A stretch of DNA of 63,813 nucleotides, filler included, from Reclinomonas americana ATCC 50394 (taxonomy: Eukaryota), in assembly GCA_048213135.1 (NCBI GenBank). It is 5 parts of 3 records of this genome, joined end to end, with 100 filler letters (N's around TTAATTAATTAA, not from the genome) between each part and the next. Parts side by side here need not be neighbours in the genome. Positions count along the whole stretch, not along the records: positions 56,360 to 59,738 come from PS015309.1; positions 59,839 to 63,813 come from PS015309.1; 3 more parts are not named here. One strand, 5' to 3'. This document shows positions 57,151-63,813 of the stretch, in pieces. The position numbers and the translations under genes are program-made. The notes beneath the pieces were generated by a model. The model was not told where the DNA came from. It made no database searches and saw nothing but the letters and a program-made list of their open reading frames with translations. Numbering within the stretch: position 1 is the stretch's first letter; every line of letters starts with the position of its first letter.

Positions 57151-59738
57151 TCACGTGCGATCCGGATCCGAGATGGCTGCCGGATCGGAGCTGACTTCGA
57201 TCGGCGGTTCAGGGGCCACGACACCCGACGCCGAGCCGCCGCCCGCCACACCACCGTCCTCGTCTGCGGCGTGCACAATCGAGCTGAACGATGCGAAGCC
57301 CTCGGGTGCGCCAAAGCTATCAGGGGGAAGGAAGGAAGCAGAGAATAAGTACGACGCACAATTATTCGGACGCTACAGCGGAGGGAAAAAACGCAACACA
57401 AATGGTTGGTCGCCGAAATTGATGCGCGCCTGTTGTCGCCTGCCAAAGGTCACCGCCGGGCAGTAGTACTCGTGGTGTGAGAGAGGTGCGCCACTGAACG
57501 CCACGGGGCTCTTTGTTCGTCGCCTCAACAGCGGCTGACCGTTCTTGAAGAAGAAGATCTCGAGAGTGTCCACATCGATACCGCAACCAATCACATCGCC
57601 CGGAACCGCCGGTCGCCCATCCAGATACTCTCGTTTCTTGCCGCTAACGGTGCGGCCACGGAACACCTCAAACGCAAACGAAAGTGGATCGTCGCCGAGC
57701 TCACCGTCCTCCTCCAGCACCTCGCACTCGAGCGACGCGAATCCGCATCGCAGGTGCTCCACATTGTCGAGGACCACCTTCGCGTTGCACGAAGAGAGAG
57801 ACAGAGGTCAGCAGAGAAGTGCGCAACTCTTGTTCTCTTTCTCACACACACTCTTCCTCAATCACCTCGTAGTAGTATCGGCCAGCACTGGCGAAACCCG
57901 TGTATAGTACAGACTGAGAGATGGGCGCGTCGTTGCGGAAGTGCAAGCGCGACGGAATCATGTGCAGGAGACCGCTGAGTTTGCAGTGATGCGTGCTCTC
58001 CTCCGAACCCACATCTGTCGCCACCCCGGGGGTGAGTGCACACAACAACAGATGACGCCAAGAGATTTCATCGATGACGCACCAGTCTCTAGCATGCCGG
58101 TGACCCATTCCGCACAAAACTCCAGACCCTTGTCGTCGATGCCTTCACGGTGCAGACGGTCGCGGAACTTGGAAATGGTCGACTGCAACGAGGAGGAGCG
58201 CATCCGCTCCTTTACCGTTTCTGTGAAAGCAGTGAGCAGAGAGAAACGGCCGGAAACGGCGACCACGCGGTACGAATTCATCATGAGCTCACCGACGGTG
58301 GCGAGGAAACCCAGCGTGTTGATAGTGTTGATGAGTGTTGATGCATCCGACTCCGCCGCCAGTGTTTCGGCGAAGCGCTCAATCACTCCTTGTTCCGACA
58401 TGTTGCGGCACGCCTCACCCGCTACAACAGCCAATCAGTCTGCCAGTCAGCAAACTCCTATTCGCTGAAACGCAGCACACAGCCGGCACAACGTACCTCC
58501 GACAGCAATGTCGGCGAGAAGGAGCGTGGCGTCCCGTCGGTCGCTGACCTCGGCGGAGGAGCAGAGTGGCGCCAGGTGCTCTCGCCACAGCCGTCCAAAG
58601 TACCGATCTGCGCAGGGAGAGCATGAGTGACGAGCTCGGTGTTGACGAACAAGCGAGCGACAGACACAACACACTTACCATCCTCGGAGAGTTTGGCCAG
58701 CGCCGAGAGTGCCAGATGGCGCTCTGCGGCGTCGGTGCGTCGTGCGTACGATACCAACGAGGCAATTGCATTGGCCTCCACCAGTGCGTCACGTACTTGA
58801 AGAGCTGTGGTGCGCGTCAGATGCTGCTACACGCACAAACGGTAAATAGTGACGGATAAACGCAACACACGAGGGTCAACTGCGCGAGCACACTGCACGC
58901 AAGCAGGTCGTTGCCACTCTGACCGTGGAGCGACAATTCCACAAGCGATTCGATTCCGTGCTCGTCCATCAGCTTGATGGCGTACATGTCTGGCAAGGCG
59001 CACACACGGTTGAGAAGAGAAACTAGTCGCGGTTGTGCCACCCCGCTACGAAACTGGTACTCGACAGGTAGTACAGAGCAATGAGCGCGAAGCGAATGGC
59101 GTCGGGTTCGCGGCACGTCACGATAATGTGCAGCAAATGCCGAATGCCACCACTGTCGTGAATGATTCGTGCCGCTCCCTCTGCGAAGACGTCGACGACG
59201 ATGGCGTGAGAAGTGAGGGCACACACACACACATAAGTGCATGCACAGACCATGCATGGCCATGTTCATGAGAAGCGAGGCCGAGTCGACCACGGCCTTC
59301 ACTTCATCGGAACGCGCACCGGCGTACACCTTTTGCACATCGTGACTTTCGAGAATGTCGTGCAGCAGCGCCTGGTTCTCGTGATCCTCTGAACAGAGAG
59401 CACAAGTAAGCTTTCCACTGAACGGCGGCATCACAAGCACTGGAGCAGAACACACCCTGCCGATACACATTCTCCAGCGTGTGCGAGATGGCGGCAAAAT
59501 TGTTCGCGCGAATGTTGTAAATCAGATGCGCGCAGACGGGCGATTCGAGCACCTTCAGGCGGCGAGACCTGCTCAATTCAAGCATGCCCTCAACCGTGTC
59601 GTCGAGGGAGCGACTGGGAAGCAAATTGATGTCGGGTGGCTGCACGAAGACATAAGAGACGAGGAGGAAGCAACACACTGAGATGTGAAAAGACACAAAC
59701 CGAAATCCATGAATGCTCCAGCGCTTTTTCCAGGGTGA
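57151..59738 (-). CDS. ARM-repeat + SPRY protein (RSPRY1-like core); 5' end lies in the gap
   Basis: ARM-like helices (IRFALIALYYLS, LALSALAKLSED), LEFCAEW, and SPRY motifs GRYYYE, GELGDDPLSFAF, GDVIGCGIDVD, IFFFKNG, PAVTF, INFGDQPF. Confidence 0.75.
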
Positions 59739-59860
59739 NNNNNNNNNNNNNNNNNNNNNNNNNNNNNNNNNNNNNNNNNNNNTTAATTAATTAANNNNNN
59801 NNNNNNNNNNNNNNNNNNNNNNNNNNNNNNNNNNNNNNCAGTCAATCACACCAACGCCAC

Positions 59861-60970
59861 TCATTGTCGATCATTCTCGCCAACGAACTTTTTGCCGCCC
59901 TCCCCGGCAGGAACGCGCTCGTACGAGGCCACCGGACTCAACACCTCGCTGCGATTCATCCCCATGAGGAATGTCTTGCGCCCAAACCCGATCCCCGGAG
60001 CGTCGCCATAATAAGGGTTGACCGAGGGCACAAACCGCAGCTGCCCATCGGCCTCACGTCGAGGCGCCGGCGTCACGGCACGGCGGGTGTACCTGCACAG
60101 ACACGCAACGTCGCCGTCAGTCGTTCGCACGCCGCGAGCAGAGCAAGAACGCAGGAAGAATCATGCATGCACACACCGACTCTTGTATTCCGACACGTAA
60201 TCGTTGGGCTCGCCGCGCGGAACATGCGCACTCTCAAAGTGATACTTTTCGCTCCACATGGGGTCGGTGGCGACAGAGGCCGATCGTGGACGCGGGCGAT
60301 CGAACTGTGTGCGAGAATCAACACAAACACACACACACACATCGTCACACATACACAGAGTTTGCATGACAGACCCGCGGTGGCTGACCAGCGGCGGACT
60401 TGAGGGTGGCGGCTTCGAGGTACGACGTGCGCGGCGATTCGTACACGTCGCGCGATCGCCCGCGCGGTGTGTGCTGCCGATAGTACGAATCGCGATTCTC
60501 GTCAGTGTCCCATCGCGCCGGTGCCTCTGCGCAGCGCCAGTGAGACACCAGCCTCCTCCAATGCTCACATGCGCAAGCACCAAGTAACCTGTGTGAACGC
60601 GCGCTGCTGGGCGAATTTGAGCCGACGGTGCCACCAGCCGCTCAGTCGGTCGCGGTGACACTCGTGGCGACAGTCGTGGCGACGAGGCCGAGCGGATCGG
60701 GCGTGGCACCACTGCCGACGACGACGACGTGTCCACTGCCACATCCTTGAATTTGCTCTTCTTCGCCTTCTTCTCCTTCTTCACCTTCTTGGTGGGCGAT
60801 GGCGACGGCTGGTGAGCGGTCGGTCGTGGTGAGCGACGCGGCGATCGGCCACGCAATCGCGGGGACTCTGCGCATGCACGGTGAGCGATGCGAGGAGGGC
60901 ATGTCGAGCGTTAGGCGATACCTGAGGCGGCGCGCGGCGCTTTCTTCGGCGCGTCCATCGTCGTCGGTCG
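59861..60970 (-). CDS. Hypothetical low-complexity Arg/Ser/Pro-rich protein, 3' part
   Basis: Several exons join by GT-AG introns and end at stop 59861. No recognisable domain. Confidence 0.35.
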
Positions 60971-61199
60971 GCAAATTGAAACCGTTGTGANNNNNNNNNN
61001 NNNNNNNNNNNNNNNNNNNNNNNNNNNNNNNNNNNNNNNNNNNNNNNNNNNNNNNNNNNNNNNNNNNNNNNNNNNNNNNNNNNNNNNNNNNNNNNNNNNN
61101 NNNNNNNNNNNNNNNNNNNNNNNNNNNNNNNNNNNNNNNNNNNNNNNNNNNNNNNNNNNNNNNNNNNNNNNNNNNNNNNNNNNNNNNNNNNAACATACA

Positions 61200-63813
61200 C
61201 AGCCTCGGCGCCCGAATCCGCGCCGCGTCGTCGGCGACGCCGAGAGCCGGGACTGAGTTGCGAGTCCTACACACAAGAGGCATGAGAGAGGTGCAACATC
61301 CATTGCAGCCACAAAAAAACACAAGCAGACCTCGCCATCCGCTCCGCCATCCAGCAACTGCGACTCCTCCTCGGCGTCCTCGTCAGGGTAGATGGCCTCC
61401 GAGGTCTCCAGAGACAAGTCACCGCTCTCGGCCCGCTTCTCTCCTTCATCACCATCGTCGTCGTCGTCGTCGTCGTCGTCATCATCGTCGTCGTCCGACG
61501 CCATGTCAGCGTCTCCGTCACTGTCGCTCTCCACGTCGCGACCACGCTTGCCACCCTTCTTGCCAGCCTTGCCCTTCTTCTTGGCCGCAGCCTTGGCTTT
61601 CTTGGCTGCCTTGCTCTGCTGTTGCTGCCTGGCGGCCGCGGCGGAGGCGGCGGTCTTGGCACGCTTGGACGGCTGTCGGCCCTCGGATGCGGTGGGAATA
61701 TCGACTTCCTCCAGCTTGGCCGTCTTGTAGATACGAGCTCGACCTGCACGCAGTGTGGCCAGGCGCGTGTCGGCGTCGGCCACTTGCGCCTCGATCTTGA
61801 TTCTCTCGTCTGTGCGCTGCTTACGATCGGCGCGAAGCTGCTTCACCTTGACCTCCAGCGTGTCGCATGCCGTCTTGCACTCTTCGCGCTGCTTCAGTGC
61901 CGTCCGCACCTCCTCGCGCAGCTGCACACACACACAGAGTCACGCCTCAGTTTCGATTCACATGAGCAGCAACAGCAGCCACCGAGTGTGTCAGAACGCA
62001 CCTCGTCGACCTTGCTCTGCAACTGCTGCTGCGTCTTCTGCGCCTTCTTCAGCTCCTTTTCGGCCTCATCCACCTGCTTCGTCAGGTCGCGCTCCGTGTC
62101 GGCACTGACACGCGCACTCTCGTACTCGATCTTGGCCTTGACCTTGTTGATCTGCTGCTCGTACTGCGACCGTTTCTCGATCTTCTCCATCGCCGTACGC
62201 ACATACTTCTCCTCGTACTCGCGGATATCGCGCACACCCATCTGTCGCGAGAACGGGCGGAAAATGTCGTCGGTCTTGCGCCCCTTTTCGCCCTCGATGC
62301 GGTCGATCTCTCGCCTGCGCTTCGTCTGCGTGTCCTCCAGCTGCGCAGCACGAATGGGTGAGGAGAGACTGCCTACAAAATCAGAGAGAGAATGAGAGAG
62401 CGTGCACACAGTACACACCTCCAGCAGGCGCACACGTCGATTGGCGATCTCGGCCTCGGTCTGCGCCAGATCCTTCTCCAACTGTGTGACCTTTTTCGTC
62501 GTGTCTTCCAGGTCCAGCGTGATGCTGCTGATCTGCGACTCCAGTGTCACGCGCTGCTGATTCAGCTGGTTGACGCGAGACACCAGATCCGACTCTTCTT
62601 GTCGCAGACGACGCATGTCCGATCCCTGCCGACCGTTTTTGAGCAACAGAGAGAGGGGAACAGACGGACTTGCACACACACACACAACACACCTGCGTGT
62701 CACGAAGCCTCTTGAGCTCCTCCTTGGAACGGGTGCCGTCGGAGACCTTGGCCGCACGCTTACGCAGTCCCGAGTGGCCACTCGCCATCAGACCGTTCTT
62801 GTGAATGACAGCACCGTCGAGGGTGGCCGCCTTCACTCGAATGCTGCCGCCAAAGCAATGGCGCCGCGCCTCGTCCAGCGAATCACAAATGATGGCGTTG
62901 GCGCAGGCAAACTGCACGGCGCGCTCGATTGTCGGGTCGCACTTGATGACATCGAAGGCCAGCTTGGCGGAGCCTCCCAGCTGTCGCAGATGCTCGTTGA
63001 TCGGCTTGACCTTGATGGTGTCGAGCGGCAGGAATGTCGCCACACCCGTCTGATGCTCCTTCAAGTACGTCAGGCACTCCTTGGCCGTCTCGGCCGTGTC
63101 CACCACCACGGCGTCGAAATTGCGGCCAAAGAGCGCCGTCACCGCCACCGTGTACTCGCGACGCATCTGAGAGTGACAAGAGAGAGAGAGGGAGAATCTG
63201 TGTCAACAACGACGACACACACTGATTCAAGCGCAAAAAATGCACCTGCACAAGGTCATGCAAGCGACCCTTGACGCCTCGATTAGTGAGCTTCATCTGC
63301 TCAATGGCGTCCTGCATGCGTCGCTCACGCTGCGTCTCCTGCTCCGACGACCGCGCCGACTGCAGCTCCGTCTCAGTCGCTGCCTGAGCCTGCGCAAGTG
63401 CAGTCTTGCGCTGCACGATCTGCTGCTGTTGGTTCTCCGTCTCGCGAATGTCGGCGACGAGCGTGCGCAGCGCCTGCTTCTTGGTCGACAGGGCCTCGGC
63501 AAGCTGCTCCTTGCGATGTACGCCTACAAACAAGGAGTGAGGTTGTCTGCGGCGAGTAGCGAGCCACACGCAGCACGCACGACGCAACTCTTGTCGAGGC
63601 GATCGTGATGGTGGCCCTTTTGTGTGGCCAACCGCTCCGACTCGCCCTCGAGGAGGCGCTGCATCTCCGCGTCGGAGGCCGCCTGTCGAGTGAGCTGATT
63701 CAGCTGCTGATCGAGTGTGAGCGTGGCCTGACCAGCATCCTCCTTCCTGCAAGGGCGGGTGAGCGAACAAGGAAACGATTGTCGGCAATCGACGACGACG
63801 GCAGCAGCAGCGG
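61200..63813 (-). CDS. SMC1: Cohesin subunit SMC1 (hinge and coiled coils), partial
   Basis: Hinge motifs GVKGRLHDL, AVTALFGRNFDAVVVDT..AKECLTYLKE..GVATFLPLD, KAATLDG..IHKNGLMASG, and IFRPFSRQMGVRDIREYEE. Confidence 0.92.

Noticed and set aside
60991..61200. SMC1 lacking its C-terminal head (possible pseudogene)
   Set aside because: The truncation coincides with an N gap whose size is probably underestimated.

Overview
This is a 63.8 kb piece of a gene-dense, intron-rich eukaryotic (protist-like) draft assembly, with N-gaps, artificial TTAATTAATTAA linkers and GA/CA microsatellites. Manual splicing recovers about 17 genes: bystin (partial), an ABCC/MRP transporter, a class-3 lipase, a triple-RRM SR-like protein, glutamate-cysteine ligase, a protein with three PsbP/Mog1-like repeats, NAA15, a hypothetical protein, a 61-aa RIIa protein, a PH protein, SDHAF4, a cathepsin D-like protease, a multi-pass PSI-like membrane protein, an intronless degenerate P-loop NTPase, an IP3 receptor (partial), an ARM-SPRY gene possibly fused to a divergent Hsp70 NBD, and SMC1 (partial). 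The most striking signal is in splicing. At least 25 introns across 12 genes use a 5' splice site /GTTGCG(T) or /GTTGAGT, which is the normal /GTGCGT or /GTGAGT shifted by one base, and these donors almost never have the usual exonic -1 G. That suggests shifted or bulged U1 pairing, or a variant snRNP, working as a major donor class. Gene models were read by eye with no transcript data, so exon boundaries are provisional.
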